DNA of 64,000 nucleotides, from NCBI GenBank assembly GCA_021806165.1, contig JAJZXY010000004.1, positions 65,595 through 129,594 of the forward strand, in the 5' to 3' direction. Every line of letters starts with the position of its first letter. The stretch's first letter is position 1. This DNA is from Thermoplasmata archaeon (GTDB lineage: Archaea; Thermoplasmatota; Thermoplasmata; Sysuiplasmatales; Sysuiplasmataceae). Below, one piece after another: positions 1 through 8,582 of this stretch. The notes under the pieces are model-generated. The model did not search any database. It saw only the letters and a list, made by a program, of their open reading frames with translations, and was not told the DNA's origin. Made by a program: the position numbers and the translations under genes.

Positions 1-141
1 GCAGGCTGTTCTTGATTACAAAGTAATTTCCCGCCCAGAAGGAGCACATTACTATTATCAGTGCCACGTTCCGTGCCCTGGATGCTGCCACAGGCCGCGA
101 GCTATGCATCCGACATTATTAATCTGATGACTGCAGAAGCG

Positions 142-795
142 CTACTGTGGTGGCGCAGAACGCTGTGCCGCGCTCTCCGTGTCCAGCCGGCGCATCTCTT
201 CCCTTGCAACGATTAGCAGTATCCCTGTAACTACTCCGTCGAATATTATGGCTATGACACCGAATGCGAGGCTGTTCCTTGAAAGTGCGGACCTGGTGTC
301 GCCCCTCTCCAGCGCTTCCCTTATGTTGTTTATCTCGACTGTCAGGTAGATATCAATCAGGCCGAATGCAATCAGGACAACGCCCAGTATGATCCTGCCG
401 GCGCCGCCCAGTGCGTTGTAATACAGAGTGAAAATCCCCCCAGCCAGGTTGCTGATGCCGGATGATATGAAAATTATGACGACTATAATGGAAACTATCA
501 GTGCGGCCAGCATCAATATGCCTGCCGTACCCCGCGGGCTCGGCACGTATCCTGGCAAATTGAACGGCCTGAATCTTTCACTATAGCCGGTTACGGAGCC
601 CGAAGATGCATCGACTGCAACACTGTAATACTTCCTGTACCCCGAAATCACAAACTGGGCATCGACCAGCCACGCGCCCTGGTCCAGGCGCACCGATTCA
701 AAGTACACACCCTCTCCGGCAGTTCCGAATTTCCTGAGTATCCATTCCCTCACCGAGCCCTCAGCAGACTCGGCATCTCCTACTGCCATAATCAA
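142..795 (-). CDS. Hypothetical integral membrane protein (217 aa, several predicted TM helices)
   Basis: ORF-track protein has long hydrophobic stretches (LMLAALIVSIIVVIIFI; ILGVVLIAFGLIDIYL) and no recognisable catalytic motif. It is co-oriented with the downstream ABC transporter genes. Confidence 0.4.
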   Translation of the reverse strand: MIMAVGDAESAEGSVREWILRKFGTAGEGVYFESVRLDQGAWLVDAQFVISGYRKYYSVAVDASSGSVTGYSERFRPFNLPGYVPSPRGTAGILMLAALIVSIIVVIIFISSGISNLAGGIFTLYYNALGGAGRIILGVVLIAFGLIDIYLTVEINNIREALERGDTRSALSRNSLAFGVIAIIFDGVVTGILLIVAREEMRRLDTESAAQRSAPPQ

Positions 796-882
796 CTCCC
801 GTATACTTCGATCGCCGTCACGTTATATCAAGTACCGCACACCCAAACCTCGAACAGGTCCCACGAAAGGTGCAGTCTACGT

Positions 883-1428
883 TCAGAACGCGCGCGACAT
901 GACGCCCTCATCTATTGTGTAATGATGGTCGGCAATACTGGAATCCTCTGCATCCTGCGATACGCAGACTATGTCGAACCTGTATTCTTCAGACATCTTC
1001 TTCAGTTCAGACAATACTGCCAGCCTGTCGCTGATGTTTGAGAGCGCTTCGTCGATAAGGATGACACTTGGACTGGAGAGGACGGCTGTCGCTACAGCAA
1101 CCCTCATCTTCTGTCCCTGGCTGAGTCTGTCAACCTTGCCCGAGAATCCTATGCCCAGGCCCTCAGTCACCCTGCCTGCCTTTGCGTCTGAAGAATTCGT
1201 CCCTCCCGATCCCCAGTGAATGTGGGTGCCAACGTCCATATGGCCAAAGAAGCTGGACTGATTTACAAAGGCGGCCCGCCTCTTCTCAACAGGCAGCCCG
1301 GTAACGTCCTCCCCGTTGAATCTGATGTAGCCGCTGTCTACTGGGTACCTCCCGAGCAGGCAGAGGAGGAACGTTGACTTTCCAGCTCCGTTTCTTCCGG
1401 TCAGCAGAATCAGACCGGCATCGTCCAT
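883..1428 (-). CDS. ABC transporter ATP-binding protein (WtpC/ModC-like). The N-terminus is probably longer, using a non-ATG start between 1429 and 1476.
   Basis: Walker A 'GRNGAGKST' and ABC signature 'LSQGQKMRV' followed by Walker B 'ILIDEAL'. Walker A lies only 12 residues from the annotated Met, which is too close. The gene sits immediately downstream of the permease. Confidence 0.7.
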   Translation of the reverse strand: MDDAGLILLTGRNGAGKSTFLLCLLGRYPVDSGYIRFNGEDVTGLPVEKRRAAFVNQSSFFGHMDVGTHIHWGSGGTNSSDAKAGRVTEGLGIGFSGKVDRLSQGQKMRVAVATAVLSSPSVILIDEALSNISDRLAVLSELKKMSEEYRFDIVCVSQDAEDSSIADHHYTIDEGVMSRAF

Positions 1429-1478
1429 CCGGGCACTGAGTGAGAAGCTGCCTCTGCGAATGGAAAAGCCGGCGCTGA

Positions 1479-2363
1479 TCAGAGGGGGTCACCCCTTATC
1501 CCTGCCCGTGAGGTGAGGAGACCCCTCCTCCTGGCAATCCTTACAGCAAGCATGATGGCGATGCTGAAGACAATCATGAACGACGCCGCCGAAACTGCAA
1601 CCTGGAGGCCATAATACCCGAAGTACTCGTAGACAAGGACGGAGGCGGGACTGACACCGCTGAATGGAGGCTGCAGAACGTAGTATGCAACGATTGCAAC
1701 AGACCCGAATTCGCTCATGGCCCTCCCCATCGAGGTGAGTGATGCGGACAGTAGGTCCCTGGCTGCGGAGGGTATCACCACCGAATACAGTATCCTGCCC
1801 CGGCCTGCCCCGAGGGAGGAGGCAAAAAGCTCAATGTCGCCGCTCCTTGATGCAAACGACGATTGAGCTGACCGGATGTATATGGGCGCGGAAACAATCA
1901 CGAGCGCTGCCACCAGGCCTGTGATGGAGTAAAAGAAGTTAATACCCAGTGACTGAAGGAACGCGCCAACAGGTGTTGTCCTGCTGTCCAGCAGAAGAAG
2001 CGAAATGCCCACTATAGGATGAGGTATCGAGGCAGGTATATCTGCCGCCGTTTCAAGAGTTTCGTTTCCGATCCTCGCCATATGATATGCCAGCGGAGTG
2101 AATAGAATGAAAACGATTACGGCTGCAGCCGCTGAAGCAAACAGGGTGAGAGCAATGGACTTGAGGACTACCATGCTGAAACCCTGTGGACTCCTGAACA
2201 CCACCAGTCCGTAGAAGAGAAGTAGAACGGTCGGCACTGAGAGCAGTATAATCGAGACGAGAGACCAGATGCCGACTGCATCCAGCCACCGCCTAGCGTT
2301 TACGGAAGGCAATCTCAGCACCCCCTGCTTTCCCTGCGCCAGGGATACCACGGCACAAATCAA
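1479..2363 (-). CDS. ABC transporter permease (molybdate/tungstate WtpB/ModB-like)
   Basis: 294-aa protein with 6 predicted TM helices and a permease EAA-like loop 'SLGAGRGRILYSVVIPSAARDLL'. It lies between the binding-protein and ATPase genes. Confidence 0.7.
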   Translation of the reverse strand: MICAVVSLAQGKQGVLRLPSVNARRWLDAVGIWSLVSIILLSVPTVLLLFYGLVVFRSPQGFSMVVLKSIALTLFASAAAAVIVFILFTPLAYHMARIGNETLETAADIPASIPHPIVGISLLLLDSRTTPVGAFLQSLGINFFYSITGLVAALVIVSAPIYIRSAQSSFASRSGDIELFASSLGAGRGRILYSVVIPSAARDLLSASLTSMGRAMSEFGSVAIVAYYVLQPPFSGVSPASVLVYEYFGYYGLQVAVSAASFMIVFSIAIMLAVRIARRRGLLTSRAGIRGDPL

Positions 2364-2384
2364 GGCTGCGTCGGAGCTGGACTG

Positions 2385-3419
2385 TCAGAGACTTCCCCCC
2401 TGCACGACTCTGCCTGTGGAAACCAGCCTGGAGATTTCAAGTGGCAGCGGCAGGGAGGAGAAGAGCACGGAGGTTGACAGGGGTGCCATACCGAAGGAGG
2501 AGAGGACGGCAGAGTTGTTTACAACAAAATCCAGGAATGCATATGCTGCCCTGGCTTCCGTGCTGTTAGCCAGCACTGTAACAAACAGGTATATGGGTGA
2601 GCCGCTGACAGGACCATCCGGCAGATTGTAGGTGAACATCCCGTAGAAGGAGGACATGCTCGAATTGCCCTGATTGACGGCTGGAGGCAGCGGCAAATAG
2701 CGGAGGCCCTTGGCAACCGCTGCGGATTTGTAGATGAAAAGGAACTGTATATTCCCAGTTTCGAGGGGAGCTACGAGTGCAGAAGCGCTGGGAGCGCTGA
2801 CGTTTGCGTTGTTATGGACTGCGCGGTCTGTGAAATAGCTTGTGTTTCCACCTGCGTACAGGTAGCCCGCAATTTCAAGCGCAAGCCATCCCCGTAGTCC
2901 AGCCGGATCGTCCAGTGGATTTGCAATGCCAATCTTCACCTTTCCGTTCGTAAGGTTTGTAAAGGCAGATAGTTCAACAGAAGAACTGTTGTCTGGCAGG
3001 GAATTCTGAAACTGGCTGATGAAGCTCTTTGCCGATGGCGAGAGCAGTGTGGAATTGGAATATGCGATCACCAGCTGATCTGATGCGATAGCAAGTGCCC
3101 AGCCGCTGAACCTGCTCTTCAGGTATGATTGCGCATAGGAGCCGAGAGAGACGGAGATGAAAACGTCTGCCGGCGCTCCCTGGCCTATGGTCCTGGCGTC
3201 GGAATAGGAGCCGCCCCCGATTGCTGGGGCAGTCCGGTAGCCCGTATAGCTTGAGAATGAGGTCAGCAGGGTATTGCTCTCCCGGACGTAGGCGTCGGCG
3301 GAATAGGTGATCATGGGGGGGGTTCCAGCTCGATTCCCCGCTGCGAGAAGAGCGTAGGATGCTCCAGCTATCAGCAGCACAGCTGCCACAGCACCGATGA
3401 TTTTCCACCTGCCATTCAT
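2385..3419 (-). CDS. Extracellular solute-binding protein, tungstate/molybdate-binding WtpA/ModA-like
   Basis: 344-aa protein with an N-terminal signal/anchor 'WKIIGAVAAVLLIAGASYALLAA', first gene of an ABC operon. It has the size and architecture of solute-binding family 1. The WtpA/ModA assignment rests on the neighbouring Tfx and operon context plus weak similarity. Confidence 0.55.
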   Translation of the reverse strand: MNGRWKIIGAVAAVLLIAGASYALLAAGNRAGTPPMITYSADAYVRESNTLLTSFSSYTGYRTAPAIGGGSYSDARTIGQGAPADVFISVSLGSYAQSYLKSRFSGWALAIASDQLVIAYSNSTLLSPSAKSFISQFQNSLPDNSSSVELSAFTNLTNGKVKIGIANPLDDPAGLRGWLALEIAGYLYAGGNTSYFTDRAVHNNANVSAPSASALVAPLETGNIQFLFIYKSAAVAKGLRYLPLPPAVNQGNSSMSSFYGMFTYNLPDGPVSGSPIYLFVTVLANSTEARAAYAFLDFVVNNSAVLSSFGMAPLSTSVLFSSLPLPLEISRLVSTGRVVQGGSL

Positions 3420-3516
3420 GGGACCAGCAGAGCAGCGGGATGGGTTACTGTCAAATAAGTGTTTTCATTTACCTAAAATCAAACAGTTTTGGTTGACATT
3501 ACAAGCCGGGTGTCAC

Positions 3517-3927
3517 ATGACAGGAGAAAGAACGTATCTGACAGAGAGGCAGCTCGAGATACTGTCTCTGCGTAGAGATGGTCACAGCCGTTCCCAGATA
3601 TCGGAGAAGCTGGGCATTTCAAGGCAGAATGTTGCTGTGCTCGAGAAGCGTGCAATCAGGAATATAGAGCGAGCGGCGGCGACCATAGAACTTGCCGGTA
3701 GCAGGGGAATAGTCAGGAGGATAACGCTCAACAGGGGGCTTCACATTCTGGATGCCGCGAAGATCATACTCAGCAAGGCTGACGGGTTCGGCATAAGGCT
3801 GACAGACAACGTTGTTACAGTGCTCTCTGCCATCAGATCAGCTTCAGGCGACTCTGTAAAGGCTGGCATACTGGAAAAGGAACTCAGTGCGTATGTGCTG
3901 CAGGATGGGAGACTTCTCTTCAGGTAG
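3517..3927 (+). CDS. tfx: Tfx-family DNA-binding transcriptional regulator
   Basis: The internal Met at 3517 gives a 136-aa protein beginning 'MTGERTYLTERQLEILSLRRDGHSRSQISEKLGISRQNVAVLEKRAIRNIE'. This is the sigma70-region-4-like HTH characteristic of Tfx. It is divergent from the wtp operon. Confidence 0.6.
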   Translation: MTGERTYLTERQLEILSLRRDGHSRSQISEKLGISRQNVAVLEKRAIRNIERAAATIELAGSRGIVRRITLNRGLHILDAAKIILSKADGFGIRLTDNVVTVLSAIRSASGDSVKAGILEKELSAYVLQDGRLLFR

Positions 3928-4399
3928 AGGATGGAGCACGGCTGGGTGTCTCCGACATATCCCTTATCAGGCCTTCTTTAATCCTGTCATAATGTTTCTC
4001 AATCTCGTCACTTATGAAATTGGGCCGGAGAAAAAGATAGATGCGGACTGCATAGGATGTTATGTCCAGATCAAGCGACATCAGAAGTTCGCAGCCCCCG
4101 GTTACGTTGCTGAGGATCCATTTCTGTGTGTATTCTGCAACCCTGAACCTGCCGTAGTAAAGAGTTCCTGCACCCTCCCAGCTGTCTGGGGGATGCAGGA
4201 TTACTTCCGTTTCCTCGCTCAGACGGGAGCCGGGATATCTGTTCCTGAGCCGCAGCCTGCCGTCTCCAAGCCTTTCGACTTCCCGCCCTCCGGGAGGATC
4301 GCCGAATATGGCACTGTCGTCAGGTGTGTAGTCGGTGAACCATGCAAAGGCGACCGCGGTTTCAACTGGGAGCGTCCTCCTTAAGGTGATATGGCGCAT
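3920..4399 (-). CDS. Hypothetical protein, possibly SRPBCC/START-like fold
   Basis: 159-aa ORF convergent with tfx. It is more protein-like than the overlapping plus-strand ORF, but no diagnostic motif is present. Confidence 0.3.
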   Translation of the reverse strand: MRHITLRRTLPVETAVAFAWFTDYTPDDSAIFGDPPGGREVERLGDGRLRLRNRYPGSRLSEETEVILHPPDSWEGAGTLYYGRFRVAEYTQKWILSNVTGGCELLMSLDLDITSYAVRIYLFLRPNFISDEIEKHYDRIKEGLIRDMSETPSRAPSST

Positions 4400-4530
4400 G
4401 CCATCGGATTGGGGAGCTGATATATACTGTAATGTACAATCTGTTAGGCGGGGAGGGGGTGGAAAAAAATTCCATCTCGATTTCCGCCCGCTGGCGTGCG
4501 GAGAAGTGCTACGCTGCAGCCGGAAAAAAT

Positions 4531-4541
4531 CTAATAAATGA
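4531..4541 (+). promoter_or_regulatory. TATA-box-like element (taataaat) with purine-rich BRE upstream of lrp
   Basis: AT-rich octamer lies 27-34 nt upstream of the GTG start at 4567, the typical archaeal spacing for a leaderless transcript. Confidence 0.35.
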
Positions 4542-4566
4542 AAGACATATAAGGATAAAATTAGAA

Positions 4567-5061
4567 GTGGAGGGGAATCTTCTGGACATATATGACATAC
4601 GCATTTTGAAAGTTTTGGAGGAAAATGCCGAACTGCCCCTTAGTGACATAGGGAAAAAGGTAGGACTGATGTCTCCTTCGGCTGTGAGCAAGAGGATAAG
4701 CAAACTAAAGGAAAACGGGTATATTGAGAGGATAACGGCGAAACTGAACTACGAAAAACTGGGATTCGGGTTCTCAACGGTCACTATCATAGAGGGGAAG
4801 CACACCAAGAAGGCTGATGCTGCCCTGGCTGAAAGACTGTGCTCCGTGCAGGGCGTCATTTCTGTCCACAATACACTTGGAGGCTCCGATTTTGTTGTGA
4901 GGACTGTTAACAGGAACATGGCGGATTATTCAAAGGCGCTGGAGCTCCTGCTTGACTACGGGATGGTAGAAAGGTCAATCACAAGAGCCATAACGAGGAC
5001 ATACAAGGAGATGGACTACAGCAATGTCAAGCTGACAGAAGGAGACGGGCGGAAGGAGTGA
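4567..5061 (+). CDS. Lrp/AsnC family transcriptional regulator
   Basis: HTH 'LLDIYDIRILKVLEENAELPLSDIGKKVGLMSPSAVSKRISKLKENGYI' followed by a RAM/AsnC-C domain. An in-frame GTG at 4567 gives the canonical ~164-aa length and lies ~30 nt downstream of a BRE/TATA-like 'cggaaaaaatctaataaatg', consistent with a leaderless start. Confidence 0.7.
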   Translation: MEGNLLDIYDIRILKVLEENAELPLSDIGKKVGLMSPSAVSKRISKLKENGYIERITAKLNYEKLGFGFSTVTIIEGKHTKKADAALAERLCSVQGVISVHNTLGGSDFVVRTVNRNMADYSKALELLLDYGMVERSITRAITRTYKEMDYSNVKLTEGDGRKE

Positions 5062-5140
5062 TTCCTTCAATCGCCCCTTACATTCTCTTTTCCGGAAAAA
5101 TTGGAATAAGTGGTTTTAAAAAAAGTTTTCAGCCTCCATT

Positions 5141-6667
5141 TCAGTCTGAAGGAACAGCGGCGGACCTCGGCATGGCTATCCTCGCTATTGCTGACCCAGC
5201 ATAGGCGACAACCAGATTGATGACAAGAGATGTTGCGGCTATGTAGAGAAGACCGAAGGGAGTCTTCATCAGGCTGGTGCTCAGTGTCTTGAAGTTGTTG
5301 GCAACAAGCGTGAACCATATCCCGGATGACATGCCTACAAGCCATCCGGCAAACAGAGCCCACCTGTTGAGGAACTTCTTGTCATAGAGACCGAGCATCA
5401 TGGCAGGCAGCGTCTGTGCAATGAAGACCCCTCCCAGAAGCTGCAGCTCTATCGCGTACGTCTGGGAAACGACGAAGACGAATGCAAGTGCCAGGAATTT
5501 GAAGAACACTGAGCTCCACTTGACGATTGTTGTTTCAGTCTTAGGGCGCAGATTCGGGACGAACTCCTTTATGACGTTCCTCGTGAGCAGGTTCGCCTGG
5601 GATATCGCCATCACTGCAGCGGGAACAAGGCCGCCGATAAATATGCCAAGGAAGGCCACTCCGGTGAACCAGTCTGGCATAGTTGTGCTGATCAGCGCAG
5701 GCACGACAAGCGTTCCATTGGCGGTTCCCCCTGCAGGCGCGACAATTGCCAGCGCTTTGGGCACTGCAAACACAAGTACGCCAAAGAGTGTCAGCAGGAA
5801 CAGACCCATTCCATAGAGCGGGAGCAGCGCTGTGCTGAGCCTGACTGTCCTGGAGCTCTTGGAACTGAGGACGCCGTTGATGGCGTGCGGGTAGAAGTAG
5901 AGTGTCAGCGCACTGAGTATAAACAGGCTGATGTACGCGTTTGCGAGCTTCGGGGACAGGGTTGCATAGTTCACCGTCGACTTTGCAGTGTGTGCGAGCT
6001 GGAATGCATGGGCAAAGCCTCCGTAGGTGTATGGTATGTAGATGACCACGACGAGCACCGTTATCAGTATTATTAGGTCCTTCATCACAGCAGTAAGCGC
6101 AGCCCCTCTCAGTCCGCTCACAAATGTGAACACGGCAAGGACAATGAACGAGATTATCAGCGCAATCTCGCTTGTGCCCGCTATAGAGTTGGGGAAGTAT
6201 GGTGAAAGCATGACTATCAGGACGGCCCTCATGCCTACAATCTGCAGTGCGATGTATGGCAATTCTGCGACTATTCCCGTAAGGGCAATGGCTATTGCCA
6301 GCGTCCTGCTTTTGAACCTGTCCTTGACAAAGTCTACGCCAGTGATGTAATTCTTCTCCCTGGACATCTTCCATAGCGTCACCATTGTGACCATAGCCAC
6401 GGCGAACGTGACCATGACATATGGCGTGGCAAACGCGTAGATGCTGCCCTTTCCGAAGGCAGCGGAAGGAACGGCGATGAATGTATATGCGGTGTACAGA
6501 TCGCCTCCAACCAGGAACCATGCAAGATACGGGCCGAGCTTTCTGCCTGCAAGAGCCCACTGACCGAGATCAGACAGGTCCCCCTTTCTCCAGTAGGCAG
6601 CACCGAAGCCGAGGAAGGTAAAAACAGCGAACAGGGCCATGAAGACTATGACAGTTACTAGCGCCAT
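5141..6667 (-). CDS. Sodium:solute symporter family (SSS) transporter
   Basis: 508 aa, ~13 TM helices, with the architecture of SSS/PutP/ActP-type permeases. Its start overlaps the stop of a small DUF3311-like membrane protein gene, the typical pairing. Confidence 0.75.
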   Translation of the reverse strand: MALVTVIVFMALFAVFTFLGFGAAYWRKGDLSDLGQWALAGRKLGPYLAWFLVGGDLYTAYTFIAVPSAAFGKGSIYAFATPYVMVTFAVAMVTMVTLWKMSREKNYITGVDFVKDRFKSRTLAIAIALTGIVAELPYIALQIVGMRAVLIVMLSPYFPNSIAGTSEIALIISFIVLAVFTFVSGLRGAALTAVMKDLIILITVLVVVIYIPYTYGGFAHAFQLAHTAKSTVNYATLSPKLANAYISLFILSALTLYFYPHAINGVLSSKSSRTVRLSTALLPLYGMGLFLLTLFGVLVFAVPKALAIVAPAGGTANGTLVVPALISTTMPDWFTGVAFLGIFIGGLVPAAVMAISQANLLTRNVIKEFVPNLRPKTETTIVKWSSVFFKFLALAFVFVVSQTYAIELQLLGGVFIAQTLPAMMLGLYDKKFLNRWALFAGWLVGMSSGIWFTLVANNFKTLSTSLMKTPFGLLYIAATSLVINLVVAYAGSAIARIAMPRSAAVPSD

Positions 6668-6939
6668 CAGGCCTCCCCCCTGTCGGTGTCGCCATGTTCA
6701 AGTATCAATGCGGCGCCAATGTACATCACGGCCGCGATTATCAGCCACAGGCCCTGGAACCACCAGAAGAATGGCAACCCGAAAAGCTGCGGATTCAGTC
6801 GATTATACAGAGGCACAGCAAGCAATACAGCGGTTGGTATTATCAGCAGCAGGGCTGCCGGTACATATCCTCTCCCCATTTGCAAATAGACCCCTTTGGT
6901 CCCTTCGTAAAGAGGTGATCGGTCATAAAGCTTCTTCAC
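6667..6939 (-). CDS. Small two-TM membrane protein (DUF3311-like) associated with the SSS transporter
   Basis: 90 aa with 'FGLPFFWWFQGLWLII'. Its stop overlaps the start of the SSS gene. Confidence 0.5.
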   Translation of the reverse strand: MKKLYDRSPLYEGTKGVYLQMGRGYVPAALLLIIPTAVLLAVPLYNRLNPQLFGLPFFWWFQGLWLIIAAVMYIGAALILEHGDTDRGEA

Positions 6940-7020
6940 GTTTGGACAATATAACGGCGTTATTATTGAAGAGCCTTAGCATGCTATCCTTCCAGGCCGA
7001 GGCGGGCAGCAGGCCTGGTG

Positions 7021-7419
7021 CTACAGAAGCCTTGTGCCGGCGGGCACATCTCTCTCAGGTTCAGCCAGTATGACTTTGCCACCCTCGCACGGAAAGCCGA
7101 GGACAAGGACCTCGGACATGAATCCGCCAATCTGCTTCGGCGGAAAGTTGGTGACAGCCATGATGCTCCGCCCTACCAGCGACTCGGGTGTGTACGCCAC
7201 AGTCAGCTGCGCACTGCTCTTCTTAATTCCCAGAGGGCCGAAATCAATCCTGAGCCTGTATGAGGGCTTGCGCACCCCTTCAAGCGGGGCGGCTTCCAGG
7301 ATGCGCCCGGAGTGTATCTCAACCCGTAAGAAGTCAGCATAGCTTATGGTATCGCCCATGGCACCCGAATGGTGGAAGCGGGTATTAACCCAGCGGAGGC
7401 GACGAGTGCCTCGTGCCAA
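7021..7419 (-). CDS. tRNA-binding protein (CsaA/Trbp111-like, EMAP/OB-fold domain)
   Basis: 132 aa. 'KPSYRLRIDFGPLGIKKSSAQLTVAYTPESLVGRSIMAVTNFPPKQIGGFMSEVLVLGF' matches the tRNA-binding OB-fold pattern. Confidence 0.6.
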   Translation of the reverse strand: MARGTRRLRWVNTRFHHSGAMGDTISYADFLRVEIHSGRILEAAPLEGVRKPSYRLRIDFGPLGIKKSSAQLTVAYTPESLVGRSIMAVTNFPPKQIGGFMSEVLVLGFPCEGGKVILAEPERDVPAGTRLL

Positions 7420-7483
7420 TGAAGTAATGGAGAAAGAAAAACCGGCGTTTAATGCATTTGGCTTAAAAGGTTTGGAACACAGT

Positions 7484-7840
7484 TCAAGCGCCGCATCCGC
7501 AGCCGCATCCGCCGCCGCCGCATCCGCAGCCGGCGCCGTTGTTTACCTTCAGGTTTGGGTTGTTGATTGTGAAGCCGCCTCCGTCCAGGGACTCCACGTA
7601 ATCAATCCTTGTCCCGTCCAGATAGCTGGCACTTTCCTTGTCGACGACAATCTTGATTCCGTCCTGCGCCAACTCTATGTCCTGTTCAGGGTCAGAATTC
7701 TCGTCGAACGCCATACCGTACCTGAAGCCGTGATCGGCTGCAGTAAGGTAAACCCTGAGCAGCACTTCACTGGAGTCCTGCTGTGACAGCAGATTCTTGA
7801 CCTTGTCGCACGCTTTATCACTCAGTAGGAGATCGACCAT
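7484..7840 (-). CDS. A-type Fe-S cluster carrier (HesB/IscA/SufA family) with an extended Gly/Cys-rich C-terminal tail
   Basis: 'ELAQDGIKIVVDKESASYLDGTRIDYVE...GGGFTINNPN' is the IscA fold. The C-terminus 'GAGCGCGGGGCGCGCGA' extends the usual CGCG ligand motif and is encoded by a simple GC repeat at 7484-7545. Confidence 0.8.
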   Translation of the reverse strand: MVDLLLSDKACDKVKNLLSQQDSSEVLLRVYLTAADHGFRYGMAFDENSDPEQDIELAQDGIKIVVDKESASYLDGTRIDYVESLDGGGFTINNPNLKVNNGAGCGCGGGGCGCGCGA

Positions 7841-7942
7841 TTGAACCGACCTTGGTTTCGATTGAGGTCGAGGTATTTAAAGATTCAGAAGCAGTTACGG
7901 CTACTGAGCTCCCGCAGTGAGGATGCAGATCCGCCCGACGTG

Positions 7943-8581
7943 TCACTTCTTGACAAATACCACGGAACAGCCATGGACGAACATTGCGGAATGGCGGGTG
8001 CGTCGTTTCCTTATCTCGTCGGACCACAGCAGTGGTTCAAGCGAGCCGAGAAGCCTTATGAACTCCGGGCTTCCGAGTATTCTGCCTGTCCGGGGGGGAG
8101 GGAGTCCGGTCCTGTCCAGGGGCCCCCTCTCATCCAGGGCGAGGATTCCCCCGGTTTTAAGGACCCTCGCAATCTCGATTCCGTAAGCTTCTATGGATGA
8201 ATCGGAATAGCCATGCAGCGCATTCCTTGAATATACAAGACTGAAGAGTCCTGTGCTGAATGGCAGAGAGAATGCGTCACCGCGAAGGGCATCCAGCCCC
8301 TTCCTGGCCGATGCGGCTGACAGTGCGGAAGGGCTCAGGTCGACGGCGGCGTAAAGCGGCCATGGCGCGCCTCTTCCCCTGTACAGAGCGGAGATGTGTG
8401 AATAGGTCCTGCCGGTGCCACAGCCAACTTCCAGCACTGGGAAGTCTGTGGGGAGCCATCCGGAGAGGAAATCCTCCACCAGGGAGGAAACGGGATAGCC
8501 CCCGGTCCTGTAGCCCCGGCTGTATCGCCGCTCCCAGATTGAGCCGATTGATGCAGCTTCCTCTCCTGGGCCAGGTGACAT
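7943..8581 (-). CDS. Class I SAM-dependent methyltransferase
   Basis: Motif I 'VLEVGCGTGR' and a Rossmann-fold pattern. 212 aa. Confidence 0.6.
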   Translation of the reverse strand: MSPGPGEEAASIGSIWERRYSRGYRTGGYPVSSLVEDFLSGWLPTDFPVLEVGCGTGRTYSHISALYRGRGAPWPLYAAVDLSPSALSAASARKGLDALRGDAFSLPFSTGLFSLVYSRNALHGYSDSSIEAYGIEIARVLKTGGILALDERGPLDRTGLPPPRTGRILGSPEFIRLLGSLEPLLWSDEIRKRRTRHSAMFVHGCSVVFVKK

Positions 8582-8582
8582 C

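Noticed and set aside
3887-4384. 165-aa plus-strand ORF overlapping the minus-strand 159-aa ORF downstream of tfx
   Set aside because: The plus-strand ORF would overlap the tfx 3' end in frame conflict and looks compositionally random. The minus-strand ORF is convergent with tfx and more protein-like, but neither is assigned with confidence.
5541-6560. 339-aa ORF on the minus strand in a different frame inside the SSS transporter gene (Arg/Cys/His-rich translation)
   Set aside because: Shadow ORF of a GC-rich coding region. The composition (R, C, H-rich) is typical of out-of-frame translation. The transporter frame has clear TM periodicity.
6639-7073. 144-aa plus-strand ORF overlapping the DUF3311-like gene and the tRNA-binding protein gene
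   Set aside because: It overlaps two better-supported minus-strand genes, has no motif, and has an Arg/Pro-rich composition.
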